From an uncultured Verrucomicrobiae bacterium (GTDB taxonomy: Bacteria; Verrucomicrobiota; Verrucomicrobiia; Chthoniobacterales; Chthoniobacteraceae), in contig CAVYKI010000007.1 in assembly GCA_963769025.1 (NCBI GenBank), forward strand, positions 1 through 33,747: a DNA stretch of 33,747 nucleotides, read 5' to 3'. The notes under the pieces were generated by a model. The model was not told the DNA's origin. It made no database searches and saw nothing but the letters and a program-made list of their open reading frames with translations. Within the stretch, counting starts at the first letter, position 1, and each line of letters begins with the position of its first letter. Below are positions 20,531 to 32,079 of the stretch, piece by piece. The position numbers and the translations under genes are program-made.

Positions 20531-21208
20531 ATGCTCGCCGAACTTACGAACGTCTCCAAGTCCTACCAGTCCGGCGCCGTGACGGTGCCCGTGCTGAGCG
20601 GAATCAACCTCACCATCGCCGAGGGCGAGACCGTCGCCATCACCGGCCCGAGCGGCTGCGGGAAGAGCACGCTGCTCAATCTCATTGGCGCGCTCGACCG
20701 GGCCGACTCCGGTGAAATCCGCGTCGCCGGCCGCGACCTCACGAAGCTCACCTTGGTCGAACTCGCCGAATTCCGGAACACCACCGTCGGATTCGTCTTC
20801 CAGCTGCACCACCTGCTCCCGCAATGCACTGTGCTGGAAAACGTCCTCATCCCCTCCATCGTGCGCAAGGACGCCGACCGCGCCTCGCTGCGCGACCGAG
20901 CCGCAAAGCTCCTCGAAGCCGTCGGCCTCAGCCACCGCCTAGAACACCGCCCCGGCCAGCTCTCCGGCGGCGAACGCCAGCGCGCAGCCGTCGCCCGCGC
21001 GCTCATCAACAGCCCGAAGCTCCTCCTCGCCGACGAGCCCACCGGTGCGCTCGACCGCGCCAGCGCCTCGCGCCTCGCCGACCTGCTCGCCGAGGTGCAT
21101 CAGAGGGAGAAAATCACCATCATCCTCGTCACCCACGCTCCCGATCTCGCGAAAAAAATGGGCCGCGTCCTGGAACTGCTCGACGGAAAATTCGCCCCCG
21201 CGCAATGA
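20531..21208 (+). CDS. ABC transporter ATP-binding protein (LolD/MacB-like)
   Basis: Walker A GPSGCGKS, GFVFQLHHLL, LSGGERQR, Walker B LLLADEPTG, VTH switch. Confidence 0.95.
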   Translation: MLAELTNVSKSYQSGAVTVPVLSGINLTIAEGETVAITGPSGCGKSTLLNLIGALDRADSGEIRVAGRDLTKLTLVELAEFRNTTVGFVFQLHHLLPQCTVLENVLIPSIVRKDADRASLRDRAAKLLEAVGLSHRLEHRPGQLSGGERQRAAVARALINSPKLLLADEPTGALDRASASRLADLLAEVHQREKITIILVTHAPDLAKKMGRVLELLDGKFAPAQ

Positions 21209-24200
21209 CGACGCGCCGCCTGCTGCTCGACAGCCTCCGCCACTACTGGCGCACGCACCTCGGCGTCATCCTCGGCTCCGCGCTCGCCGCGCTCGTGCTC
21301 ACCGGCGCGCTCATGGTCGGCGATTCGGTGAAGGCCACGCTGCGCGCGCAGGCTGTGGCGCGCGTGGGGAAAATCGGCGAGGCGCTGCTCTGCGGCGAGC
21401 GCTTCGTCCCGTGGCCCGGCGACGCGGCAAAACGTCCGCAAGTCGTGGCCCGCACATTTGTTCCCGGCCCGGACGCCGCGGGAGTGCTGATGCTCTCCGG
21501 CACCGCCGTGCGCTCCGACGGAAAGTCGCGCGCGAACAAAGTCCAGATCGTCGGTGTGGATGACGCGTTTTGGAGATTGTCGCCATCGGCGAACGCAGTG
21601 CCGCTCGCTGCGAACGAAGTCGCGCTGAACGAACGCCTCGCCGCGCAGCTCGGCGTGAAGTCCGGCGACGAAATCCGTCTGCGGATGGAAAAGCCGTCCG
21701 CGATTTCCAAGGACGCTCCGCTCTCGGGCGCGGAGGACGCGGGCGTCACGCTGACTTTCCGCGTCGCGCGCGTCGTGGGCGATGCGGACTTCGGGCGTTT
21801 CGCTTTGGTGAGCGGGCAGGTGCCGCCGTTCACGGCGTTCGTCCCGCTCGCGTCGCTGCAGGAGAAAGCTGGACTGCAGGAAAGGGCGAATCATCCTCGA
21901 GGATTTCGCGATCGAAACGCGGTCCAGCGAAGCGAGCGCATGGAGCGATTCATGCCGGAAGCAGCAGCCGGACACTCAGCGGCGCTCGTTCTCAAGCGCG
22001 ACGTCAGGCTCGAACGCCTGCATCCGATGGCCCGGATGCTGCCATTCAGCGCGCTGGACGCGATGCTCAGGCGTTCGATATCCGGCGAACTTCCCAACGG
22101 GGCAGGCTTCGAACTCCGCAGCCCGCGGATCTTTCTTGAACCTGCCATCGTCGAGGCGGCGCGTGCGAATGAGAATCCGGACACGGCAGAGGCGACGCAG
22201 ACCAGAAATCCAGATCGGACACCTTAAGCCCCTCGATTCGCTCACCTATTTCGTCAACGAACTCCGCGCGGGCGACGGCTCGGATGCGAAGGCGAACGCC
22301 ACGCCTTACTCGATGGTCACGGCGATTGATGCGGCGGCGTCGGGCTTTGTGAATCCGAAGCTGGCGGACGACGAAATCCAGATCACGCGCTGGCTCGCGG
22401 ACGACCTCGGCGTCGCGCCGGGCGCGAAGGTGACGCTGAAATATTTCGTGATGGGCGAGCGGCGTGCAGCTCGTCGAGAAGGCGCGCACTTTCACCGTCG
22501 CCGCGCCGATCCTCGACATGGACACGCCGCAGCTCCGGACGGATGCCGACGGCAAGGACTCGTGGATGCCGGATTTTCCGAAACGTCCCCGACAAGAAGA
22601 GCTTCGGAAAATGGAAGCCCGGCTTCGATTTCGACGCGACGCGCGTCCGCAAGAAGGACGAGGAATACTGGGAAAAATATCGCGGCACGCCGAAGGCATT
22701 CGTGACGCTGAAGACCGGCCAGGAGCTGTGGGGCAACCGCTGGGGCAACCTGACGAGCATCCGCTATCCCGCCGGGACGAAACGCGAGCAGGTCGAGCGC
22801 ATCGCCGCATTCATCGACCCCGCCGCGCTCGGCTTCCGCACCGTGAATCTCCGCGAGCAGGCGCTCGCCGCGACGAATGCGCCCGTGGATTTCGGCGAGC
22901 TGTTTGTCTATTTCAGCTTCTTCCTCATCGCCGCGGCGGCGGTGCTCACGGGTCTGCTGTTCACGTTCACCATCGAGCAGCGCGCCTCCGAGGCCGGGCT
23001 GCTGCTCGCCACCGGCTGGCCGGTGAAGAAGGTGCGCCGCCTGTTCCTGCGCGAAGGCTTCGTGCTCGCGCTCATCGGCTCGCTCGCCGGCGCACTGCTC
23101 GCCGCGCTCTACACGAAGGGCGTGCTGCACGCGCTCGCCGGAGTGTGGGGCGGCGCGACCGGCGGCACGCGGTTCGTCTTCGCGCCGTCCGCCGTCACCA
23201 TGGCCATCGGTGTCGTGAGCGGCGTCTTCGTCGCGCTCATCGCCATGTGGCTCGCGAGCCGGAGGCTTTTCAAAATGGAAGCCGCCGCGCTGCTGAGCGG
23301 TGCGGATCTCGAAAAGGCCGGGACTCCCGATTCATCTGCCAGGAAACAACACGCCAAAGGCGGGAAACTCGCGATCATCGCTGCCGCGTGCGTCGTCGGA
23401 GCCATTGCGCTCGCCGTGTTTGCCAAGGGAAACTCCGGCGCATTCTTCGGCGCCGGCGCGCTGCTGCTCATCGCCGGATGTCTTTTCGCACTCGTACGAC
23501 TCCGCCGGGTCGCCGAGGGCACTGGCGCGGAATCCATCCCGCAACTCGGCGCGCGCAACATTTCCCGCCGCCGCGGACGCAGCCTCGCGACCATCGCCGT
23601 GCTCGCGAGCGGCGTCTTCATGGTCATCGCCGTGGATTCCTTCCGCAAAGGTACGCCTGAGGACTCGACGCGACGCGACAGCGGCACCGGCGGCTTCGCA
23701 TTCGTCGGCGAGAGCAGCGCACCGATTTACGAGGACCTCAACTCCACAAAGGGCCGCGACGCCTACGCGCTCGACGACAAACTCATGACCGACGTCCGCG
23801 TCGTGCAGATGCGCGTGCGCGACGGCGACGACGCAAGCTGCCTGAACCTCAACCGCGCCGTGCAGCCGCGACTGCTCGGCGTGAATTTTTCCGAACTGCG
23901 CGACAAACCGTTCGATCTCGACTGGCCCACCGTGAAGGCCGATGGCGCCATTCCCGGCATCGTGGACGCGAACACGCTGCAATGGGCGTTGCAAAAAAAG
24001 CTCGGCGACGTGCTCGAATACGCCGGCGAACGCGGCGAGCCCGTGCGCGTGAAATTCGCCGCGACCGTGAGCGGCAGCATCCTCCAGGGCGTCGTCGTCA
24101 TCCCCGAGCACGATTTCGTCGCAAATTTCCCGAACGCCGCCGGCTACCGTTTTTTCCTCGTGGATTGCCCGCGTGAGAAAGCGGACGCCGTGCGCGAGCA

Positions 24201-24663
24201 TCTCACGCGGCAGCTCGGCGACCGCGGCCTCGAACTAACGCCCGCCGTGAAACGCCTCGCGGAATTCAACGAGGTCGAGAACACCTACCTCTCGATTTTC
24301 CAGGTCCTCGGCGGACTCGGAATGCTCCTCGGCAGCGCCGGCCTTGGCATCGTCGTCGCGCGGAATGTCTTCGAGCGCCGCCGCGAATTCGGCCTGCTCG
24401 AGGCCGTCGGCTTCACGCCGCGAACGCTGCGCCGCCTCGTCTTCGCCGAGCACCGCTGGCTCATCATCGGCGCGATCGTCATCGGAGCCATCAGCGCGCT
24501 CACCGCCGTGTGGCCGCGCCTCTCCGCGCAGGCCGCGCATTTCCCATGGCGGGGAATCCTCACACTCCTCGCAGGCATGGCGCTGCTCGGCGCATTCTGG
24601 GCCTGGCTCGCCACGCGCATCGCGCTCCGCCGCTCGCAGCTCCCCGCGCTGAGGACGGAGTGA
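21205..24663 (+). CDS. Large FtsX/MacB-like ABC permease, frameshifted
   Basis: ATGA overlap with the ATPase. Two permease halves (TGALMVGDSV...EQRASEAGLLLATGW; VENTYLSIFQVLGGLGMLLG...ERRREFGLLEAVGF). Frame changes between about 21890 and 22590. Confidence 0.88.
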
Positions 24664-24722
24664 CGCGCTGGCCCCTTGCCTCGACTTCGCGCACCGCTAT
24701 TGTGGCGGACATTTTTCAGCCA

Positions 24723-25712
24723 ATGAAACGCCTGCTCACCATCCTCGGATTTTTCACATTCATCGCGGCCCTCGCGGCGCCTGCTCCCGTGCAGGCGCAG
24801 ATTCGCAGCGCCGCGGCGGAGGAGGAGGGTAGTCTCTCTGCCGCCGCGTGGGTCATCGCCGACTCCACCACCGGCTTCGTCCTCGATTCGCATAATGCGA
24901 AGCGCGAGGTGCAGATCGGCAGCGTCACGAAAGTCGCGACGGCGATGGTGGTGCTCGATTGGGCCAAGGCGCAGGGTCAGGACATGAGCCAGTTGGCGAC
25001 GGTGCCGGAGACGGTCACCGCATTGAACAGCCCGAACAGCATCGGCCTGCGCCCCGGCGACACCATCAGCCTGCGCGACGCGCTGTATGCGGCGCTCCTG
25101 CAAAGCGACAACGAAGCCGCGGAGACGCTCGCCGCTCACGTCGGCCGGCAGATCGGGCAAGGGCGCACCGATCGCGAGGCATCCGACTTTTTCGTCGCGC
25201 AGATGAACGCCCTCGCGCGCAAGCTCGGCATGCGCAACACGCGATTCCTGAACCCGCACGGGCTTGATGACCTCGAAAGGAAACTGCCGTATTCCACCGC
25301 CGGCGACGTCGCGCTGCTCACGAACTACGCCGTGAACCAGACGGGCTTCGTGTTTTATACCTCGCAGAAAGATCGCAAGATTTCATGGAAGGCTGCGACC
25401 GGTGAGTCGCCGGCGTATCTGCTCAAAAACACGAACGAACTGCTCGGCACCGATGGGATCGACGGCGTGAAAACGGGCACGACGCGAAAGGCCGGTGCTT
25501 GCGTGGTGATTTCCGCGGCCAAGACGCCGGACAGCAAACTGGTCGGCGAGCAGCACATCATCGTCCCGCGCCGGCTCACCATCGTGGTGCTCGGTGCGTC
25601 GTCGCGTTTCGCGGTTGCCCGATCGCTCCTCGCGCGCGGATGGTCGCTGCTCGACCAGTGGGCGCAGGCGGGCCGCCCGTTGAAAGGCTGGAAGCCGACG
25701 GCATCGCGATGA
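24723..25712 (+). CDS. D-alanyl-D-alanine carboxypeptidase family (peptidase S11)
   Basis: Signal peptide, SxxK (SVTK), SxN (SDN), FLNPHGLD and KTG (GVKTGTT) motifs. Confidence 0.92.
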   Translation: MKRLLTILGFFTFIAALAAPAPVQAQIRSAAAEEEGSLSAAAWVIADSTTGFVLDSHNAKREVQIGSVTKVATAMVVLDWAKAQGQDMSQLATVPETVTALNSPNSIGLRPGDTISLRDALYAALLQSDNEAAETLAAHVGRQIGQGRTDREASDFFVAQMNALARKLGMRNTRFLNPHGLDDLERKLPYSTAGDVALLTNYAVNQTGFVFYTSQKDRKISWKAATGESPAYLLKNTNELLGTDGIDGVKTGTTRKAGACVVISAAKTPDSKLVGEQHIIVPRRLTIVVLGASSRFAVARSLLARGWSLLDQWAQAGRPLKGWKPTASR

Positions 25713-26801
25713 ACAGGACCATCGGCGTTCTCACGAGCGGCGGAGATTGCCCCGGCCTCAACGCGGTCCTGCGCGGCATCGTCTGCACAGCCGCGAAGCT
25801 GGACTGGAAAGTGATCGGCATGCGCGACGGCTACGAGGGCTTGCTCGCCGACGACAGCCACATGGAGCTGACGCTGCAAAACACCGAGGGCATCATGCAG
25901 CGCGGCGGCACGATTCTCGGAACGACGAACCGCGGACATTTCGTGCGCAAGTCGGGCCCGGGCGGACGCGCACGGCTCGAACCGCACATCATCGCGCGCA
26001 CGAAGGAGACGCTCGCAAGGCTCGGCATCAGCGCGCTCGTGACGATCGGCGGCGACGGTTCGCTCTCGACCTCGCAGCAGCTTTTCGAGGCGGGCATCAA
26101 TGTGATCGGCGTGCCGAAGACGATCGACAACGACCTCGAGGCCACCGAGTCGTCCTTCGGCTTCGACAGCGCTGTGGCCTGCGTGACGGATGCGCTCGAC
26201 CGGCTCCACACGACCGCGCGGGCGCACAAGCGCGTCATCATCATCGAAGTCATGGGCCGGCACGCCGGCTGGATCGCGCTGCACGGCGGGCTCGCCGGCG
26301 GTGCGGATGTCATCCTGCTTCCGGAGATCCCATTCGACGTACGACAGGCTCGCTGGACGCGTTGCGCGCGCGGCAGAGGGCCGGCCATACGAGCACGATC
26401 ATCGTCGTCGCGGAAGGCGCGCGGCCGACGGGCGGCGCGAACAATACCGGGCAACGCAGCCCGGGGAGTTCCGCCTCGGCGGCATCGGCGAGAGCGTCGC
26501 GCACGAACTCGATCACCGCCTGAACCGTCCGCGGCTCGTGAAGGAAATCCGCACCTGTGTGCTCGGCCACCTGCAGCGCGGCGGCGATCCCACGACGCTG
26601 GATCGCATCCTCGGCACGAGCTTCGGCGTCAAGGCGGTGGACCTCATCGTCGGGGAGAAATTCGGCCAGATGGTGAGCTACCAGAACAGCCAGGTCCACA
26701 GCGTCCCGATTGCGAGCGCAGTGCGCCGCCAGAAGCTTGTGCAGCCCGACTCCCAGATCGTCGCGACCTGCCGCGCGATCGGCATTTCGTTTGGCGATTA
26801 G
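25709..26801 (+). CDS. pfkA: 6-phosphofructokinase (PfkA family), frameshifted
   Basis: IGVLTSGGDCPGLN, GGTILGT, IGGDGS, VPKTIDND, EVMGRHAGW, LGHLQRGG. Frame shifts near 26345 and 26445. ATGA overlap with the upstream gene. Confidence 0.93.
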
Positions 26802-26809
26802 CGCCGCGC

Positions 26810-29800
26810 TCAGCCTTTCGTCACGACCTCGTCGAGGCTGAAGAGCGCGCGCACGAGTGCCGTCCATGCGGCGGATTCGGCGGATGGTTTCGCACTTGCG
26901 AGCCGCTCGCGCTGCGTCTCCAGGAAGAGGAGCAGCGTCGTGCGTTCCTCCGGCGAGGGATTGCGGCAGACGATGCGTCGGAACGCCTCGTCCAGGCGCT
27001 CGCTGTCGCCCGCCTTTTGCACGGCGAGCTGTTTTCCCAATGCCTGTGCAGCCTCGGTGAAGACGATGTCGTTCAGCAGGGACAGCGCCTGCAGCGGCGT
27101 GTTCGACACGTCACGCCGCGCGATGCACGCCTCGCCTGTCGGGGCGTCGAAGGTATTGTAGAGCGCGAATGGCGCGGTGCGTTTGCTGAATGTGTAGAGG
27201 CTGCGGCGGTGGCGGTCGGCGCCTGTGCTCGCGGTCCATTTTCCGCCGCCGTATGCCGCTTCGGTCACACCGTCCGGCTGCGGCGGATACACGCTCGGGC
27301 CGCCGATCCTGTCGGTGAGCAGCCCGCTCGCGGTGAGCGCCGCGTCGCGGATGATTTCCGCATCGAGCCGCACGCGCGGGAAGCGCGAGAGCAGCCGGTC
27401 GTCGGCGTCTGCTGCGAGCAGCGCCGGTGTCACGTGCGATGACTGACGGTAGGTCGCGCTCGTGACGATCAGGCGGTGCAGCCTTTTCAGCGACCAGCCC
27501 TGCTTCACAAATTCCACCGCGAGCCAGTCGAGCAGCTCGGGGTGCGTCGGCGGCTCGCCCTGGTATCCGAAATCCTCCGTGGTCTTCACGAGGCCGCGGC
27601 CGAAAAACGCGGCCCACTGGCGGTTCACGGTCACTCGCGCGGTCAGCGGATTTTCCGGCGATACGAGCCAGCGTGCGAACGCGAGCCGGTCGCGGGTCGC
27701 GCCGTCCGGCAGCGGCGGGAGGAATGAAGGACACGCCCGGCGCCACCGGGTCCGTTGGCTGGAGATATTCGCCACGGTTGCGGATGAAAGTCGGGCGCGG
27801 ATTTTCCGGCGGGCGTTCGCGGAAGCCGAGCGTGATGGGAGGTTGCGGCGGCTTGCGCAGGGAGCGGATCGCGTGCGGCTTCATCCTTGAGTTCCGGGAG
27901 CGACATGAGGAACTCCTCCCGGAGTTGCGTGCGTTGCACTGTGGTGAGTTTTGCATCGGGGACGAGCAGCAGCGCATCGGCATCCTCCGGCAGATCGCGC
28001 GCGGCAGCCGGCGCGGCATCGGTGGTCACCGAAATCCGGAAGCGCCCGATGCTGCATGCGTAGTGGCGGCCCATCACGAGCTTCAGCGTCCAGTCGCGCG
28101 CGGCTGGGGCGGGGGAGGGAAGTGTGAACACCGCGGTGTGCCGCTCGCCCATCCGGCCCGCCGTGCTCCAGCCGGTCTGTGGATCGTCGTCGAGCATGAG
28201 CGCGGCGGTGGCCGGGCTCTTTCCGAAGTTGTTCTTCGAGTAGCTCTCGGTTGCGCCCGCGAATTTCACCGGCTGCCCGTCGGCGGAAAGCTGGAACTCG
28301 CCGATGAAAAAGTCGCCCTTCGGCCCCTCGTAATACGCCATGCCGGGACCGTGGGCAGGCAGGCGCAGGTCGGGCAGCGCCTCGAGCTGCACGGCGGTGA
28401 CTCCAGCCGGCACGTCGCGGAAGTGCAGCTCGTAGGTGTCCGCTTTCGAGATGTCGCCGCTGGCGAAAACGGAGGCGTCACCCTCGATGGTGAGCAGCGG
28501 GAGATTCGACTTTGCCGACGCAGGCCGCAGCGGCGTCCACCGCACCGTGCGCGCACGTTCGCGCGCGAGCCATTCGGCAAATTTCTCGTCGAGCGTGGGC
28601 TTTTGCACCGGCTGGTCGCCGGGCTTCGGCGCTGGCTTTGCCGCCCACTTTTCGGGCAGCTCGCCGAGCAGCTTTTCCGCGAGTGCGGCGTTCTTTTTCT
28701 GCTGCTCCGCGGCATCCGGCGGCGGGATGTCGACGTCGGGTTCGTCGGCGTTGTTCAGGAACGCCATGAGCTGGAAATACTCGCGGTGCGTGATGCGGGT
28801 CGAACTTGTGCGTGTGGCACTGCGCGCAGCCGAGCGTGAGGCCGAGCCACGTCGCGCCGGTCGTGGCGACGCGATCCGTCATGGCGTGAAAGCGAAACTC
28901 CAGCGGGTCGATGCCACCCTCCTCGTTGAGCATCGTGTTGCGGTGGAATCCGGTGGCGATGCGCTGGCCGAGCGTCGCCTCGGGGGTACGGGTGGCAGCA
29001 TGTCGCCGGCGAGTTGCTCGACGGTGAACTGGTCGAACGGCATGTCCGCATTGAGCGCATTGATGACCCAGTCGCGATACGGCCAGATGCTGCGCGGGCG
29101 ATCCTTCTCGTAGCCGTTCGTGTCGGCGTAGCGCGCGAGGTCGAGCCAGCGCCGCGCCCAGCGTTCGCCGTAGCGGGGCGAGGCGAGCAGCTTGTCGGCG
29201 AGCGATTCGATCGCGGATTGCAGATTCTTTTTCGCAGCCTGCGCGAAGGCATCCTGCTCGGCGGGAGTCGGCGGGAGTCCGGTGAGATCGAGGTGAAGTC
29301 GGCGGCACAGCGTTGCGGGATCGGCGTCGGGCGAGGGCGCGAGGCCGGCGGCTTCGAGGCGCGCGAGGATGAAGCGGTCGATCGCATTGCGCGGCCAGTC
29401 GGCGCGTTTCACTGCGGGCGGCTCGACCGGCTTCGGTGGCACGAATGCCCAATGTTCCTGATACTCTGCGCCCGCGGCGACCCAGCGGCGCAGGATGTCC
29501 TTTTGCGCTGCGGTGAGCGGGCGCTTGGCGGACGGCGGAGGCATCAGCTCGTCCTCATCGTCGGTGAAAATGCGCGTGACGAGTTCGCTGTCGTCGGGCT
29601 TGCCCGGGACGAGCGCGATGCCTCCGGACTTCGCCTCCCGGAGTGCCGAATCGCGCACGTCGAGTCGCAGCCCGCCCTTGCGCGACTTGTCATCCGGCCC
29701 GTGGCATTTGAAACAGTGCTGCGAGAGGATCGGCCGCACGTCGCGGGTGAAATCCGGCGCATCCGCAGCGGAGAGGCGTGTCGCGGCGAAGACGCAGAGG

Positions 29801-29820
29801 AGGAGCGCGGGGAGTTTCAT
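26810..29820 (-). CDS. Second planctomycete cytochrome c / DUF1549 / DUF1553 protein, frameshifted
   Basis: Signal peptide, [82 protein letters not shown]. Shifts near 28990, 28790, 27870, 27730. Confidence 0.9.
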
Positions 29821-29893
29821 GTCTGGCAAAAGGGAATACGCGGCGGGGAGGAAACTCTTGGCGTCCCGGTTTTCCGGTCGGTCATCTTTTTGA

Positions 29894-29969
29894 AACGCAG
29901 AGACGCAGAGAATCCGAACGGCACTTCGGTGGCATTTTCTGCTCCTCCGCGTCTCTGCGTCTCTGCGTT
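29894..29969. repeat. Intergenic inverted repeat built from 8-bp units
   Basis: AACGCAGAGACGCAGAGA (29894-29911) pairs perfectly with TCTCTGCGTCTCTGCGTT (29952-29969). Confidence 0.8.
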
Positions 29970-29992
29970 CATATTGCTGGCTGCTCCCGCGT

Positions 29993-30535
29993 TCACGCGA
30001 CGCCCGCCTTCGTCTCCACGAAGCGCGCGTAGAGCCAGGCGAGGTCGGAGAGGCGGTTCAGGTAATGGACGATGGCGTCGCTCACGGGGAAGCCCGCCTC
30101 GCGCATCGTGCACACGGCGCGCTCGGCGCGGCGGCAGGCGACTCGCATCCCGTCGAGCATCGCGCTGCCCTTTGTCGCGCCGGGCGTGGCCCAATGCTTG
30201 TAGCTGATCTTGTGGTTCTTTTCCAAATCATCCACGAGCGCCGTGAGCCGGTCGGCCATCGCGGGCTCCACGAGCTTGTAGCCCTTTTCCACATAGCGCG
30301 CGCGGTCCTCCTCGGCGACGGCGAGTTCGCCCATCAGCGTCACGAGTTCCTTTTGGATTTCCTCCAGCGCCTGCGTGATGAACGGATCTTCGTTCCACGC
30401 CCGCGCCATGCCGATGGCGACATTCAGCTCATCGCACGCGCCATACGTCGCCACGCGGATGTCCGTCTTGGAGATGCGTCGGTTAAACATCAGGGCGGTC
30501 GTGCCGCCGTCGCCGGTCTTGGTCGCGATGGACAT
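29993..30535 (-). CDS. ATP:cob(I)alamin adenosyltransferase, PduO type
   Basis: [40 protein letters not shown] motifs. Confidence 0.92.
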   Translation of the reverse strand: MSIATKTGDGGTTALMFNRRISKTDIRVATYGACDELNVAIGMARAWNEDPFITQALEEIQKELVTLMGELAVAEEDRARYVEKGYKLVEPAMADRLTALVDDLEKNHKISYKHWATPGATKGSAMLDGMRVACRRAERAVCTMREAGFPVSDAIVHYLNRLSDLAWLYARFVETKAGVA

Positions 30536-30707
30536 GGGCGGAAAGTACGCGCCACCCGCGGCGAGACGAATCATTTTTAACCGGGGAGCCCCGGGTGGCT
30601 CCGTCCCATCGGGAAAGCCGCTCCCGCGTCCGGGCCAGAGTCTTGAGTCTTCGTTCCGTGCCTGCCTGGTCGTCTGAGATGCAACGGATTTCTGGACCAG
30701 GAGTTGG

Positions 30708-31563
30708 TTAGTTGAAAGAGGAGGATTTGACCTCAAATTGAACTGGGGAAAGGTAGCCGAGGGCGGAGTGTTTGCGGTGGGTGTTGTAGTAGGCCTCGAT
30801 GTAGGCGAAGAGCTCGATGCGGGCGTCGGCGGCAGTCGAGGAAGCAGCCATCCTGGAGCATTTCGGTTTTGAGGGTGCCGATGAAGGATTCGGTCCAGGC
30901 ATTGTGATAGGGATTGGCGCGTGCGGACATGCTCTGGCGCAGGGCCGCGCGGCGCAGGAGGGCGCGAAAGGCGGTGCTGCCATACTGGCTGCCCCGGTCG
31001 CTGTGAAAGATGAGACCAGGAGCGGGCCTGCGGGAGTCGAGCGCCTGCTGGAGGGCATCGGCGACGAGGCTGGCGCGGAGGTGATCGGCCAGAGCCCAGC
31101 CGACGATCTTGCGCGAGCAAAGGTCGATGACCACGGCCAGGTAAAGCCAGCCTTTGGCCGTGGGGATGAAGGTGATGTCGCCCACCCAGACGCGGTCGGG
31201 CAGCGTGGGCAGCGGCGCATCGAGGAGCAGATTGGGAGAAGGCGCGTCGGCCCTGCCGTCGCTGGTCCTGGGCACGAACTGCCTGGGCTGGAGAGCGCGC
31301 AGGCCGCGCTGGCGCATGAGGCGGCGCACGCGCTGCGGGGCGCAGACGATGCCCTCGTCGGCGAGCACCGAGCGGACGCGCCGGTAGCCATAGCGGCGCC
31401 GATGGGTCTTGAAGATCGACTCAATGCGGGAGCCGATCTGCGCATCCTCGCGCTGCGAAGCGGTGGGAGCCGCCGCGTGATAGTAGGTGCTGCGCGGCAA
31501 CCCCAGAGTGGCGCAGACGCGGCGCACGCCGGAGCCGGTGGCCGTGGCGATGCGCGCGATCAT
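30708..31563 (-). CDS. IS3 transposase OrfB (DDE/integrase core); one extra base near 30835
   Basis: RYGYRR, WVGDITFI, YLAVVIDLCSRKIVGW, FHSDRGSQY, NAWTESFIGTLKTE, then in the shifted frame YIEAYYNTHRKHSALGYLSP. Confidence 0.93.
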
Positions 31564-31859
31564 TTCGCGGAGCTGGGCAGGAGTTTGGTGCCCAGGATGA
31601 CGGCGGCCTTTTTTAAAATGTCATTCTCCTGGCGCAGCAGGGAGTTCTCGCGGCGCAGAGCGCGCAGCTCATCGGCTTCGGGGCGCTCGCCTGCGCCGCC
31701 GAGCTGCGCGCCCTGCGAGGAGCGGCGCCAACTGTAGAGCAAATCCGAGCTGATGGAGAGTTCCTCGGCGACCTGAGCGACGGGTTTTCCGGTCTCGAGG
31801 AGTTGCACGGCCTGGGTCTTGAAATCGGCGGTGAAACGCCGGCGGGTCTTGGGATTCAT
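31560..31859 (-). CDS. IS3 transposase OrfA (HTH)
   Basis: MNPKTRRRFTADFKTQAV...VAQVAEELSIS...LYSW...ELRALRREN...ENDILKKAA. Confidence 0.93.
   Translation of the reverse strand: MNPKTRRRFTADFKTQAVQLLETGKPVAQVAEELSISSDLLYSWRRSSQGAQLGGAGERPEADELRALRRENSLLRQENDILKKAAVILGTKLLPSSAK
31608..31614 (-). other. A6G programmed -1 frameshift site of the IS3 element
   Basis: The minus strand reads AAAAAAG near the end of orfA. The -1 frame (GRRHPGHQTPAQLREMIAR) runs without a stop into orfB. Confidence 0.8.
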
Positions 31860-31939
31860 GGGGTCTATTTCTGGCGGTTGGTGGTCCAGAAATCGAGCGC
31901 ACCTCAGTCGGACCATCATTGGCTTGGGACAGCTTCGAC

Positions 31940-32079
31940 AATAGCCCAGCGCTTCAGCGCTGGGCAAAGGCACGGATAAGCAGGAAAGCCTTCAGGGACG
32001 ACTGAACGGTTCTTCCGTCCCTCCGGGACTTTGCTTTCCTTTGCCCATGCGGTTCCCAGCGCTGAAGCGCCGGGCTATT
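31940..32079. repeat. REP/REPIN-like palindromic element
   Basis: AATAGCCCAGCGCTTCAGCGCTGGG (31940-31964) and its inverted copy (32055-32079, one mismatch). Each arm is itself a hairpin. An inner AGGGACG/CGTCCCT inverted pair is also present. Confidence 0.8.

Larger units (their letters stand above)
30675..31906 (-). mobile_element. IS3-family insertion sequence (1232 bp)
   Basis: Imperfect TIRs TGAGATGCAACGGATTTCTGGACCA / TGAGGTGCGCTCGATTTCTGGACCA with TG...CA ends. 3-bp direct repeat GTC at 30672-30674 and 31907-31909. Contains orfA and orfB. Confidence 0.95.

Noticed and set aside
67..29820. Programmed frameshifting or phase variation in the broken genes
   Set aside because: Shifts are numerous, affect unrelated genes including pfk, and share no obvious slippery or repeat motif. 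Sequencing indels are the simpler explanation.
30536..30645. Cobalamin riboswitch upstream of the adenosyltransferase
   Set aside because: Only short GC hairpins; I could not recognise a B12 box or the conserved core.
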